A DNA stretch of 62,607 nucleotides, counting the filler, from Stramenopiles sp. TOSAG23-3 (Eukaryota), in NCBI GenBank assembly GCA_900128585.1. It is 9 parts of 9 records of this genome, joined end to end, with 100 filler letters (N's around TTAATTAATTAA, not from the genome) between each part and the next. Parts side by side here need not be neighbours in the genome. Positions count along the whole stretch, not along the records: positions 33,310 to 44,289 come from LT642768.1; positions 44,390 to 55,352 come from LT642769.1; 7 more parts are not named here. One strand, written 5' to 3'. The notes beneath the pieces are model-generated. The model was not told the DNA's origin. It searched no databases and saw nothing but the letters and a program-made list of their open reading frames with translations. Position numbers and translations under genes: made by a program. Of the stretch, positions 34,066-46,175 are shown one piece after another; within the stretch, counting starts at the first letter, position 1; the number at the start of each line of letters is the position of its first letter.

Positions 34066-37000
34066 ATGTCTTCCAAAACTCGAGCGAGCTTAGACGAACA
34101 CTTGGATAGAAGCCGCAGGCTTGAACTCGTGGAGCGGGGAAGGGGCAGGGCCATGTTTCAATCAAAAACGGGAGATGGGTACGATGTATTGCAGGATGAC
34201 TCGGATTCGTCAGGACGAGGTTCCAGGAGGCGACGCCCTATGTCCGCGAAAGTGCGCGGACAGAACGACCGGCCAGGAAAACGACGCCCCCGCACCGCAC
34301 GAACCAGGGCCGAGTCCGACGATGAGGAAGAGTTGAGCGGCATTGTTGTGAGGCGCTCCCAGCGGCGAGGCGGTGCCAGGCGGCCAATGTCGGCAACTAC
34401 TCGGCGACGGGGGGGGCGATTCAAGCGCACGAAAGGTGAGAAAAAAAGACCTTCCCATGGCCTTGCGCGAATCGAAAGAGCTGCTCAATGAAGCCAGGGA
34501 TTACCTTTCCAAACGAAATTTGGTCGATGACAGGGCAGGTAGAAGAAAAACGCCGCGGAAGACCCCCAAAAAGCGCCCAACTTCTGCACGAAAAATGCGA
34601 CGGCCACGTTCGGCAGTGGCCCTGTCTCGCCCGTCGGGCAAGAGGAAGGGCGGCGCGAACAACCGACGAGCATTTGGGGCTGGGCCTGGAGGCCCGCGGC
34701 GATCGGAAAGCACGAGCGGGCTGCTGCACGCGGCACGCGGACGGTCGAGCAATAACAAACGGAACCGTCGGGTCGACCGCATGAGCGTCATGCGCTGCGT
34801 TGAAAACGCGTTGATTAATGTCGACGACGTCATCGGTTTGGGAAACGTCAAAGTTCAAATAACAAAGAGCAATGACATTATTGTGGACGCGCACATCCTT
34901 GTGGACAGTCGCACGACTGTCAAGGAGGCCCACAAGCTGGCTACAAAGGCGAGGAAGCGCGCCATGCAGAGCAACACCGACATCTACGACGTTGTAGTCC
35001 ATGTCGACGCGCAAACGCGGTACATATCGGGACGCGACAGCGCTGAAATCGAAGAGGACATCTGCAGCGCTATGGCCACGATCAAGGAGGTCAGCAGCGT
35101 TGCACGAGTGAAGATCAACCGAAAGGGCGGTCGAATCGCTGCAAATGTGGAAATATTGGTGAACCCGGAGTTGAGAATGCGAGAGGTGCATTATGTTGCC
35201 AGAAGGGCACGAAAACTGGTGGAAGACATTCGCGACGTCGACGAGGCGGAAATACACCTTGAGCTGGCGAACAGTAGCAAGCTCGTCAATCGGGCGAGGA
35301 GTCGCGCCCGGACGGGATCGGCCAGTGATAAGATCGTGAATGGCTCGTACGAGAAGTCAGCGTCATCGCCTCAAACCACTACGGACGAAGACTTGTCGCA
35401 GACCTTTCCGCGTCAACCCCCACCGCGCCCACCTATGGTAGACACTAGCAGCCATACGGATGAAGAGGAGTACACGTACTCGGAAGATGAGTTTGAGACC
35501 GCCCCAAGAAGTTCCAAGAAAGAGAACCGAGGTGCATCAGCAAGTTCGAACCGGGAGAAAGACCCAATGTCCTTTATATCCCCGGAACGAAAGTACAGAG
35601 CACAGCAAGGCGGCCAGACGGGGGCAATGATGACCCCTCCTCGAAACATGAAAGCAATGTCCCCCGCAAGCCAGCATAGCGCACGGCAATCCGCACGGAC
35701 GCAGAGAATAGTTGGGATCACCCGCGACCCTCGTTTACGGCAAGTGCTGCGGAAAGTGAACGAACACATCCTGACAAGCGTACAATACCGAAGGTTTAAG
35801 TACGAGAAACGCCTCGTAGCGGTTGGCACGGCGTTGGCTGACATGGACAGAAGCGGCCGAGGTGCCTTGCCGGCTTCCGTGTTTGTGCAAGGGTTTGAGG
35901 GCCTCAACATTGGGCTGAACTTATTGGAAATTGAAAATTTCGTGAAAATGTTAGTCGGGGACCAGAACTACCAAGAAGACAGGTATAGCGTTCGCTTCGC
36001 CGATATCATCGATTCGTTGAGAAAGTTGCAACGCCAGGACGCAGACGGCGTGGGTTCCAGCACAGAAGACGAGGAAGCGCAACGAGATGCACTGACTAAA
36101 TATAGAGAGTACAGAAACAAAATAGAAGAGCAAAAATTAGACCAGGTCTCGGAGAGCATGGGCAGCCCCGCAAAGGGCAGGGCTGCCGAAAGCCCAAATG
36201 CAGCAGAAATGTCACCCTTACTCGCGAGCAAAACGGGTGCCCCCCGCAACAAACATCTTGATCAGGCCCGTGGCGGCGCCTGGGACAACGGAACCCCATC
36301 TCCGCTTCTAACCCACGCGGAAAAAGCAGCGAGGGTTTTAGAGAATAAAATGAATGATCTTCAAAAGGAACAACAGAGGGAGCTAGAAACGGCGCAGCTG
36401 AAGCTGCAAGAAGAGCAGAAAGAGCTAGTAGCCAGGGCAGCTAAATTTGAGGCAGAACGAAAGAGGCAGTTAGAGGACCTCGAGACAGAGAAGAAGAAAG
36501 CACTGGAAGAAAAATCTCGGGTGGAAAAGGAGGCAGAAGAACGAGAGTTGAAATTGGCCGAGGAAAAAATCCGCTTACAGGAAGAAGCAGCGGAACGCGA
36601 GCGACAGGCAAAGGAAGAATCTATGCGCGAGCAGTTGAAGAAAGAGTGGCTCGCCCGTGAGCAGGCTCAACAGCGCCGGCTGGAGTTGGAGAAAGAGAAG
36701 CGCAAGAAAGAACAGGAGGAGGAAAAACTTCGTATCGAGCGAGAAAAAGCTGCGCTTGAAAAGACAAGGGCAGAAATGGAACGGGCAAAGCGGGAATGGG
36801 AACTGAAGCGTGTTGAAGAAGAGAGGAAACGCGAAGAAAAGGCAGAAAGGGAAAAACTTGAACACGACAAGGCGGAGCTAGCCAAAGCCCTGGAAGAGCA
36901 GAAGCAGAGGCTTGAGGAGGAAAAAGCGAAGTGGGAGAAGCAGCAAGCGCTAGGGGTAGAACAAACTCGATTGAAAGAAGAAAGGAAGAGGATTGAACAA

Positions 37001-40000
37001 GAAGAGGCCGCAAGAGAAGAGCACGCCGAACTTCTTCGAAACGAAAGGGCAGCACAGGAAAAGCTTGCGCGCAGAATGGAGGAGTTAGAGGCCAGACTTG
37101 CTATGGAGGAGGCAGAGAAAAAAGCAATTTTTGAAGAGCAAGAGCGCATGAAAGATGAAAGGCAGCGCGAAGTCAATGCCGTAAAGGAAGAAATCAACCG
37201 CGAAGCCGCTGCAAGGATACATGCAGAGAAGGAAATGAACGAGCGCATGGCAGAAGAGAAGGCGGCCCTTCAAAGACAAGCGGAAGAGGACAGGCTTGCC
37301 CTGGAAAAAATAATAAACGAGTCTACAAAAGCTCGTGAGGCCGAAAAAGTGAGGCAGGAAGAGGCCGAAAAACAGGCGGCAGAAGAACGGGCCCAGTTGG
37401 AGGCGCAGATAAAAATGGAAAGAGAACAGAACGAGAAAGAGAAGGCGTTGATGCAAGAGCAATTGAGAAAGGAGCTAGAGGAAAAGATGATGTTGGATGC
37501 CAAACGCATTGCAAGCGAAGAAACCGAAGCGAAGCTAAGGGCAAGAGAAGAAGAGCTAGCGCGGGAACAGGCAGAGAAAGAAAAAGCGCTCGCAGAAGAA
37601 GCCCGGAAGAAGGTCGAGGAGATGGAGAAGCAGTTGAAACAGACCCAAGAGAAAATGAAACAGCAGCTGGCAGAAAAGGAGAAAGAAACGGAGCGATTGA
37701 AAATGGAAAAAATGGAGCAGGAGAAACAGGTGAAGCAAATTGCAGCTGAGGCAGGAAAAGTTGTGCTGGCCGCTATTCCAGACACCGCAGAGCTCACCCC
37801 ACACGTTGAATCTTCTTCCGAGGTGCAAAAAACCTTGTTTGCCGCCGATGATGCTATCGTAAGCATGCCACCAACAGGAGAAAAAGACGACGAATTAAGC
37901 AGAAGCCAGAATATTCGCATGAGGCGATTAAGTCGCAGCATTACCATTGAAACGGACACCGATTTAGAAGAAGAAGGGGAAGTGCAAAATCTTGAGCCCC
38001 CCTCAAACGAAGTCATGATCGAGCACTCCTACAGAATTCCCCAGGAAAACGTGACAACGAGGGGAGGAGAAACGGACCGCGAGTTAGAGAGTGGGGACAC
38101 CTTTGATGAGAATGCAATGATGCCTATGAAATCTTTTATTAGTACTTCGGCAGCAGCAGACGGCCCAAGAAAGAAGTGGGAGCCTATTGCAACACCGCAA
38201 GGAAAAAACCTGTACTGGTACAACTGGTCTTCGGGCGAAAGTCAATGGGAAATGCCAGATGAAGTCGCCAACGAGGGGACCCAGCCAAAAACCCAGACAT
38301 TGCTAGCAGCAACACCAAAAGCGGACAACTTGCAAAAATCGTCGGAACTTTGGAAAATTTTATTGGCTCGATCAGCCGTTGTTGAAAAGAAAGGCAAGTG
38401 GAATCGTATGATGGACCAGCAGACAAAGGAGCATTTTTATCACAACGAACAGACAGGCGTTTCGCAGTGGGATTTACCGAACAATTACTCCCAGGGCGCC
38501 GATGGCTCTTTCGCTACACCCAAGAAACAAACGTGTGTCTGGGAAGGCATTGCTACTCCTATGGGGCGCAACCTTTACTACTACAACTGGAAGACAGGGG
38601 AAAGCAGTTGGGAGAAACCCGAGGAATTGAAAACACCGCAAAACTCTGACAAGAAGCCTCGCGTTCTACCTTCAACACCGAAGGCAGAAGACGAGGGTAC
38701 CTCCAAACAACTTTGGTCGGTGCTTTTAGAGCGATCAGAAAAAGTGAAGGAGGCGGGAGAATGGTTTGAAATGTTGGACTCCAATACCAAAGAACGGTTT
38801 TATTACAATAAATCTACTGGTGCCCTGCAGTGGGAAGTACCGGACGCCCTTGCAATTAAGCAAGAGCGCCATTTGCACGCAGCAAAACACAATCTAATAA
38901 AGTCCCCGAAAGCTTCGGCAGCTTCCATCGCAACAACACGCGATGGGAAGAGGTGGGAGCCAATAACGACGCCCAAGGGGAAGAACCTGTATTATTACGA
39001 TTGGCACACTGGAAACAGTCAATGGGAGAAACCGGACGAGTTGAAATCTCCAGATCCTAAGCAGAACCATGTCTTGCCATCGAACAGTGCTGTTCATACC
39101 ATGACCGAATTGAGCGAATCGCAACAGCTCTGGGACTCTTTGCGAACCCGATCTAAAACATCGCGAATACAGGGCGACTGGTTGGAAATGGTCGATCCCC
39201 ACTCTCAAGAGAGGTTTTATTACAACACAACAAATGGAACCTCTCAGTGGGAAATGCCAAAGTTGACAGGAATGTGGGAAGCGTCCGACAAAGCCTTGCA
39301 GAAAGCGAACCGCTCAGACGTCTGGGAACCGGTCATGACACCGAAAGGACGATTGCTTTATTACTACAATAAAACAACCGGGGCAGCCCAAAGAAAAATA
39401 CCTGAAGGCTTTGATCCGCACACATCTTCTCATGGGGAGCACTTGCCGTCCACACCGAATTCTTCAGATGTGGAGCGGACGAAGCGTTTGTGGAAGGTCG
39501 TCTTAAACCGGTCGCGAGTAGTCGAAGTTCGCAGCGGTTGGGCACAGATGCACGATGATGTTACCCAGGAAATGTTTTTCCACCACTCCACAAATGGGAT
39601 TTCGCAATGGGAGCGCCCTACGGATTTTGATTCTGCTGGTGCAGCCAATGATGCCCAACAGATGACCTACCATGGCTCCCCGGGGGAGGCAAATAAGTCA
39701 AAGTGGCAACCAGTTGCTACTCCCAAAGGAAAAAATTTGTACTTCTGGAACAGCGAGACAGGGGAGTCGCAATGGGAAAGGCCCGCGGAACTGCCAGAAA
39801 ATAAACCCGCAGTGTCGCTAGGAACCACTGGGAACACCCACAACAAGCATGAAGTGTTGCCCTCAACACCAAAAGCGGGAAATGCCGTGAAGGCAAAAAA
39901 AATGTGGCAGGTTTTGCGCAGCAGGTCGAAAGAGATCCGGGTGATTGGCGACTGGTCGGAGTTTTTGGACGAGCAAACGGGAGAACACTTTTTTTACAAC

Positions 40001-40126
40001 AGTAGGAGTGGTGTGTCCCAATGGGAACTTCCGGAATCGTTAAAAGTGGCACAAGCAAACGCGAAGCTTCACTCCTCCCAACATGGAAACGCAGGGAATG
40101 ATGGAGGGTACGAGATTGACATTTAG
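34066..40126 (+). CDS. about 2000-aa protein: basic RPxSA head, two ZT_dimer-like domains, EF-hand-like loop, long coiled coil and 10 WW domains (frame change near 34409-34416)
   Basis: ORFs 34066-34491 and 34373-40126 overlap and join if one G is removed from a G8 run. Ten WW motifs at 38177-40033; E/K/R helix at about 36320-37750. Confidence 0.8.
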
Positions 40127-40532
40127 AGTGGTGGTGGTGCTAAAAACAAGGATGCTGAAGGAAACTCATAAAAAATACATATATATGTAGTTCGTAATAA
40201 TATACATGTAATATTTTTTCTCTCTCCAGAAATAACTATTCCTGTCTTTATTATTATATTAGCATGAACACAGCATCAACATGTACCGGTACAGGTATTA
40301 ATATTACAACTGGTACCCAACAACTGTAATCTTCTTCTTCATCACCACCACCACCACCCCACGGACAATTTCTCGCGTTCAACTTCAAAAGATACTATTT
40401 TGAAGAAGTGGATTGTTTGCATTTAACAAACCATTACATTGTTTGCCCCGTGAGATTACAATAAAATATCATTACAGCACAAACGTTTCACGCTGGTTGA
40501 ATTACATTTTCCCTCTGATCCATTATTCACGC

Positions 40533-42269
40533 ATGTCTTCTCTAGCGTTTCGGGGCCAGGGCGACAAACGCACTTATGCGCAGGAGCAAGCTTTCATAAA
40601 GCACTGCGGGGGTGTTCAATATGAGATCCAAAAGGGCTTCGTTGAGAACATGAAAGTTCCAGTCAAGTTTTATGTAAATAATAAGTTAAAACCACTAATA
40701 TACGATGAGCTGAAGAACCATTGCAGCAGGGGGGCGAATGTTGGAGGCGTAAGTATTTTACAGTTGAATTTCTACTTTTTCCCTTTTTGCAGCACTAACA
40801 ACCATTGCGCCCCTTACCCCTTCTTAGTTTTTGCCTGCTGTTAAGCAAATGGCAAATGTAGCTGCCTTGCCGGGAATCGTAAGGGCGTCGATTGGTCTAC
40901 CAGACTGCCATGCAGGATACGGTTTTGCCATAGGGAACGTGGCCGCGTTTGATATGGCTGATCCCGAGGCGGTCGTGTCCCCCGGTGGGGTTGGTTTTGA
41001 CATAAACTGTGGCGTTCGACTGATCCGCACAAATCTTACCGAAGAGGACGTTTTGCCCGTGAAAGAACAGCTGGCGCAATCCATGTTTGATCATATCCCT
41101 GTCGGTGTCGGTAGCAAAGGAGTAATTCCGACGACATTCCCAAACCTGGAAGCAGCCTTGGAGATGGGCATGGACTGGAGTGTCCGAGAAGGGTACGCTT
41201 GGCCTGAGGATAAAGAGCACTGTGAGGAGTATGGGAGGATGCTGAATGCAGACCCTTCGAAAGTTAGTAAGAGGGCAAAAAAGAGAGGCTTGCCACAGTT
41301 AGGGACGTTGGGCGCAGGAAACCATTACGCCGAAATCCAGGTCGTTAGCGACGTGTACGACGCATCGGCTGCGAGGAAGATGGGACTCTTTCCTGGGCAA
41401 GTATGCGTGATGGTTCACAGCGGTTCCCGTGGCCTCGGGCACCAGGTAGCGACCGACGCACTGGTTGCCATGGAGAAGGCAATGGCCCGGGACAACCTAG
41501 TAACAAACGACCGCCAGTTAGCATGTGCAAAGATTCAGAGCAAAGAAGGCCAGGACTACTTGGCGGCGATGGCGGCGGCAGCAAATTATGCCTGGGTTAA
41601 TCGAAGCTCAATGACTTTCCTTACTAGACAAGCGTTTGCGAAAACGTTTCAATCTTCCCCGGATGACTTGGACATGCATCTGGTGTACGACACTTCACAC
41701 AACATTGCAAAAATTGAAGAGCATATCGTCGACGGCAAAATGAAAACGTTGCTGGTACACCGCAAAGGTTCCACTCGGGCCTTTCCTCCCCACCACCCAT
41801 TGATCCCAGTCGATTACCAGTTTGTAGGGCAGCCCGTTCTCATTGGCGGGTAAGTAAAGTCACCTCCCCCCACCCCTTCCTCTGCTTGTTGATTTTCCCT
41901 TCGTCTAACCTGTTTATTTCTTCTACGATCGTTTTTGTCTTTTTGCGGGTGCATTGCAGCACTATGGGAACGTGCAGTTACGTGCTGACGGGCACTGAAA
42001 AGGGAATGCGAGATACTTTTGGGTCTACCTGCCACGGTGCTGGGAGAGCTTCAAGCCGGGCCAAGTCGAGGCGAACGCTAGACTATCAGCATGTCCTAAA
42101 CGGGTTGGAGGAGAAAGGGATTACCATTAGGGTGGCCTCCCCGAAGCTCGTGATGGAAGAGGCACCGGAGAGCTACAAGGATGTAAACGAAGTGGTTAAT
42201 ACGTGCCACGAAGCGGGCATTTCGAAGAAGTGTGTGAAGTTGAAGCCGATATGTGTAATCAAGGGTTAG
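40533..42269 (+). CDS. RTCB: RNA-splicing ligase RtcB; exons 40533-40748, 40828-41849, 41960-42269 (515 aa)
   Basis: [65 protein letters not shown]. Two GTAAGT...CTAAC...YAG introns restore GG|FLPAVKQ and IG|GTMGT. Confidence 0.96.
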
Positions 42270-42427
42270 CTATTTAGCTTATTAGCCACTACAGCGCAGG
42301 AACATGTGTTATCACAATAAAAGCGTTTCTGGTACACACGTGTATTTTATTATTGTACGGTATCTATTTGCCCCCAACAGGGTTGTAGCTTCAGGGATGA
42401 GCCCACAGGACGAAAGGGTCTCTCTCT

Positions 42428-43327
42428 CTACTTCTTGTCGCTGTTGACGTTGATCCCCTTTTCCTCCGCCACCTCCCTTAAGCGCCTGTTTTCGTTCTCC
42501 AACTCTTCCAAGCGTTCTGCCAGCCGGCTGTTCTCAGCTGCCAGCGCGACGGCCTTTCTTTCTGCCGCTTCTTTCGCTGCTTTCATCTCTTGCATGCGCT
42601 TTACAAGGCCTAATTTATTTTCCATCAGTTTCCGGGAATCATCGAATTGCTTTCGTACAATTTCCATGTCTATGTGCCCCCGCATTTCGAAGACGCTATA
42701 TACAATCCCAATGATCTCCGGCGTGTTGCAGATCCAACGCTTGAACTCTTCGTACGACAGTTTGCCGTCGTCGTTTATATCTTGTCGACGAAAGGCGTCG
42801 TCTACCATTGCATTGACTTCCTTCTCGAACTCCGCTGGTATGATCGCCGTCGCTTCTTCTATAAGGCCTTGTTCCATCGCGACGGCCTGGAGCAGCGCAA
42901 AGGACGCGAAGGCGGTCGACGCCAGGCAGCGGTGAAGTTCGGCTCTATCTATGTACCCGTCCCCAGACAGGTCAAACATACTGAAACAGAATCTTAGCTT
43001 GTCGTTCAATTCACCCTTGCAGCACATGGCTAAACCACGCATGAACTCCTCCCGGTCGATAAATCCGTCCCCGTTGGTGTCAAAAACTTTAAATATTTGC
43101 TCCCGCAATACACCCGGGTATGAAAAATATTCTCCGAACGTGTCTATGTCAATTCCTGCGTGGGTCCTGAGTTCTCCCGACTTACCCTCGCCCCCGTTTT
43201 CGCTCTCGTTCTTCTCGTCTTGTAATCGATTGAATATATCTACTATTTCGTTAATCTCGTGGGCCTCGAAGTACTTTAAGGCCTTCTCCGTGGCCTCACG
43301 AGACATGCGGCTCTGCGCTTTCCCCAT
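42428..43327 (-). CDS. myristoylated EF-hand calcium sensor (calcineurin B/NCS/CBL-like) with C-terminal coiled coil
   Basis: MGKAQS myristoylation motif; EF loops DTNGDGFIDREE, DLSGDGYIDRAE, DINDDGKLSYEE. Confidence 0.9.
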   Translation of the reverse strand: MGKAQSRMSREATEKALKYFEAHEINEIVDIFNRLQDEKNESENGGEGKSGELRTHAGIDIDTFGEYFSYPGVLREQIFKVFDTNGDGFIDREEFMRGLAMCCKGELNDKLRFCFSMFDLSGDGYIDRAELHRCLASTAFASFALLQAVAMEQGLIEEATAIIPAEFEKEVNAMVDDAFRRQDINDDGKLSYEEFKRWICNTPEIIGIVYSVFEMRGHIDMEIVRKQFDDSRKLMENKLGLVKRMQEMKAAKEAAERKAVALAAENSRLAERLEELENENRRLREVAEEKGINVNSDKK

Positions 43328-44212
43328 GGTCGGCTTTTGGTCTATTCCGTGTAGAACAACTCAACAATTTTGGACGAAGGGGGAGGCGAGTGGACGGACG
43401 GACGAGCGTAAAGTAGCGGTAGCAAACAAATATCTAAGATCTTCCGTACACTTTTTCTTTCGACAACTTGCAATTGTACATCCAGCTCTGGATAGAAACA
43501 TCTTTTCCCTGATTAACTAACATGGGACCACTTCGAAACGACTAACACAAATACTTACAACCCATTCATCCATTTCTGTTTTACTCCGACGAAGACGAAC
43601 AATTTTTTTTTTTTGTGTTATTAGTTATATATATTTACTACTACACAGTACCAGGTACAGAACAGAAGAACCCAACAAGGAAGTATTTTTTTTTATTATT
43701 ATAAAAAAATATTTCTTCCTTCTTATTCTACTAACTATGCCTTCTACTATCTCTATATAATCCTTCTACTTTTTTCTACATTTGGTACGAAGTATTTCTT
43801 TCTTTCTTCCTTCCTTTCTTTCTTTCTTCCTTTCTTTATTTCTTTCTTCCTTCCTTTATTTCTTTCTTCCTTCCTTCCTTCTTTCTTCCCTTGCTTCTTT
43901 CTTCCTTCCTTCCTTCCTTCCTGTTGTGTCTTTGTAATTAAATTATATTTAATTGCTACGATCATTAAAACGGAAGAAATTATATTGTAATACGTACATA
44001 AGTATACTATTTTATATTGTAATAAGTAGTATACTATAATATAAATTTAATTGAATGCGGTAATGCGGTGCGGCACACCTGTACAAAACAAAAAAACTAG
44101 AATAAATAAAATATAACGGACTAATAATTGAATTTTAAATTTCTATACAATTTAGCTACCAGGCAACAAAGAAGGCAACAAAGAAGTAAACAGGAGCACA
44201 ACAAACACAATG

Positions 44213-44289
44213 TTTCTTTGTTTCTTTGTTTCTTTGTTTCTTTGTTTCTTTGTTTCTTTGTTTCTTTGTTTCTTTGTTTCTTTGTTTCT
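44213..44289. repeat. (TTTCTTTG)n octamer repeat at contig end
   Basis: Seen directly. Confidence 0.95.
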
Positions 44290-44970
44290 NNNNNNNNNNN
44301 NNNNNNNNNNNNNNNNNNNNNNNNNNNNNNNNNTTAATTAATTAANNNNNNNNNNNNNNNNNNNNNNNNNNNNNNNNNNNNNNNNNNNNGTACATTAATA
44401 CTAGTCGTCTATTATTATTATACGTACTGTACACGCACATCAATCATTCGAACTAATTGAGAAAATTATTAATCTCAGAATAGCACTGTGTAATATTAAT
44501 ACCGATATCGTTCTTCTTTTTTTCCTTTATCAGATTCAGCAGAGCATCGTATGTAATGTACAATCATCATCATCATACACAATGCACAATACCATCATCA
44601 TCATCAACCAGATTTATTATTTTAATTCTTCTAATCCAATACTCTTTTGTATTTCCCTACTATTTAGATCATCACACACACAACCGAAATTCAACTAAAT
44701 AGTCATAATAATAAAAAATAAAAAAAAATAAAATAATAATAGTCTCTACTGTATAGTACTACAGTACCTGGTACCAATAACGCACGACGAAGAATGACGA
44801 AGCGAAGGTCATCATGATGTATATATACGAGGTCCTCGTAGAGTATAGAAGACAATTTTAAAAAAAACAAACGAATTGTATACATAGATGTTTAAAGACA
44901 ACTAAAAAAACAAAAGAAACAAATATTCAACAAACAAACAACAAAAGAAAAGACGTTCGCTGCATTTACG

Positions 44971-45714
44971 ATGACTCTTCCAACGAGAAAAGAATTGGCA
45001 GTAAGAAACAATAGGGCCAAGTCAGGGTTATCACCGGTACGGAAATCAAGGGCATGGAGCCTAGACATGACAGATTTTGGGATCCCGACGCCACTTAAAG
45101 CGCAATGCAGTTTAACGGGCTACGAAGACAGTGATGATGAGCGCGGGGACGAATCAGTGCAAAACAGTTCCTTTAATAGAAACGTTTCCGAATTGCTAGA
45201 TTTTGTGAACAGAGAGTTAATGCCAAACCAGCTCCATAACTTTGAAGCGTACCACGAAAATCCGCTGACAGAGCAACAAGACGAACTGAACGACCCACTG
45301 ATGGATTTTGATTCCAACTTCGAGCCCGTGGATTCTGTATCCACAAATAATACCACCCTTAAAATTCTGCAACAAGTGCAAGAACTGGGCGAAATCGTGG
45401 AGAAAAACGAACGACGACGGGAACGGGCAAAGATGGTACAAAAGTGGCGGAGCCGTCGCAGACCACTTGTGCTCAGCGCCGTTGCAAAACTGAGGATTGC
45501 GCAGGAGATGGAAGAACGATCGAACAAGTTCCACGCCGAAAGCCCCCTGGGAAGTCGGTCCGGGAGTGATGTTTTGGGTGCAGCAGAAGAGTGCAAGGTA
45601 CCTGAACGCTGCTCAAGCAATCCTCTAAGATCCTGCCTGAAACGGCACCGGGATTCCTATTCTCTGACCAACGATGGGGCCCGGAAAAGGGTACGTATCC
45701 ATAGCTTCAAATGA
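44971..45714 (+). CDS. hypothetical protein (247 aa)
   Basis: ATG-initiated ORF bounded by AT-rich spacers; no recognised domain. Confidence 0.65.
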   Translation: MTLPTRKELAVRNNRAKSGLSPVRKSRAWSLDMTDFGIPTPLKAQCSLTGYEDSDDERGDESVQNSSFNRNVSELLDFVNRELMPNQLHNFEAYHENPLTEQQDELNDPLMDFDSNFEPVDSVSTNNTTLKILQQVQELGEIVEKNERRRERAKMVQKWRSRRRPLVLSAVAKLRIAQEMEERSNKFHAESPLGSRSGSDVLGAAEECKVPERCSSNPLRSCLKRHRDSYSLTNDGARKRVRIHSFK

Positions 45715-46175
45715 AACAAATAAAAGGAGAACACAAACAAAAAATTCGGTACTTCTGTAAAAAAACACCAAAACTTAATGTTGAGTCTTCAGTGATTCCG
45801 TGAAGTTTTTAGATGGTATTTTTTCTAATTTAAATGGTATCATTAAATATACGGAAACCTTTAATATTTTGGACAAAAGGAGCAGATTTATTTTAAATAC
45901 ACATAAATAACAGCCAATTTTCTTGTTTTTTAAATACACATATAAATTTTTAAATAACCGCCAGTATTTTGTTTTTAAAAACAAATTATTTAATAAATGA
46001 GTTGAGGATTAAAATGTTATTTTATCTTTGAAGATAAATATAATTTTTTTGCGTTTGTATCTTCTGTCGATACGCGAGTAAAATGATTACTGTGCTCTCC
46101 CTATTGCATCCCGCGATTGCCCTCAATCCACAACGAGGGAAAGCCCCCATTTTTTTTTTTCTTTGTCGGATGAAG

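Noticed and set aside
40533-42269. RtcB as a bacterial or viral RNA-repair island
   Set aside because: It has spliceosomal introns and a eukaryotic-type N-terminus, so it is the ordinary tRNA-ligase subunit.
45625-45714. PP1-docking SILK/RVxF pair (SCLK...KRVRI)
   Set aside because: The required aromatic residue of RVxF is missing.
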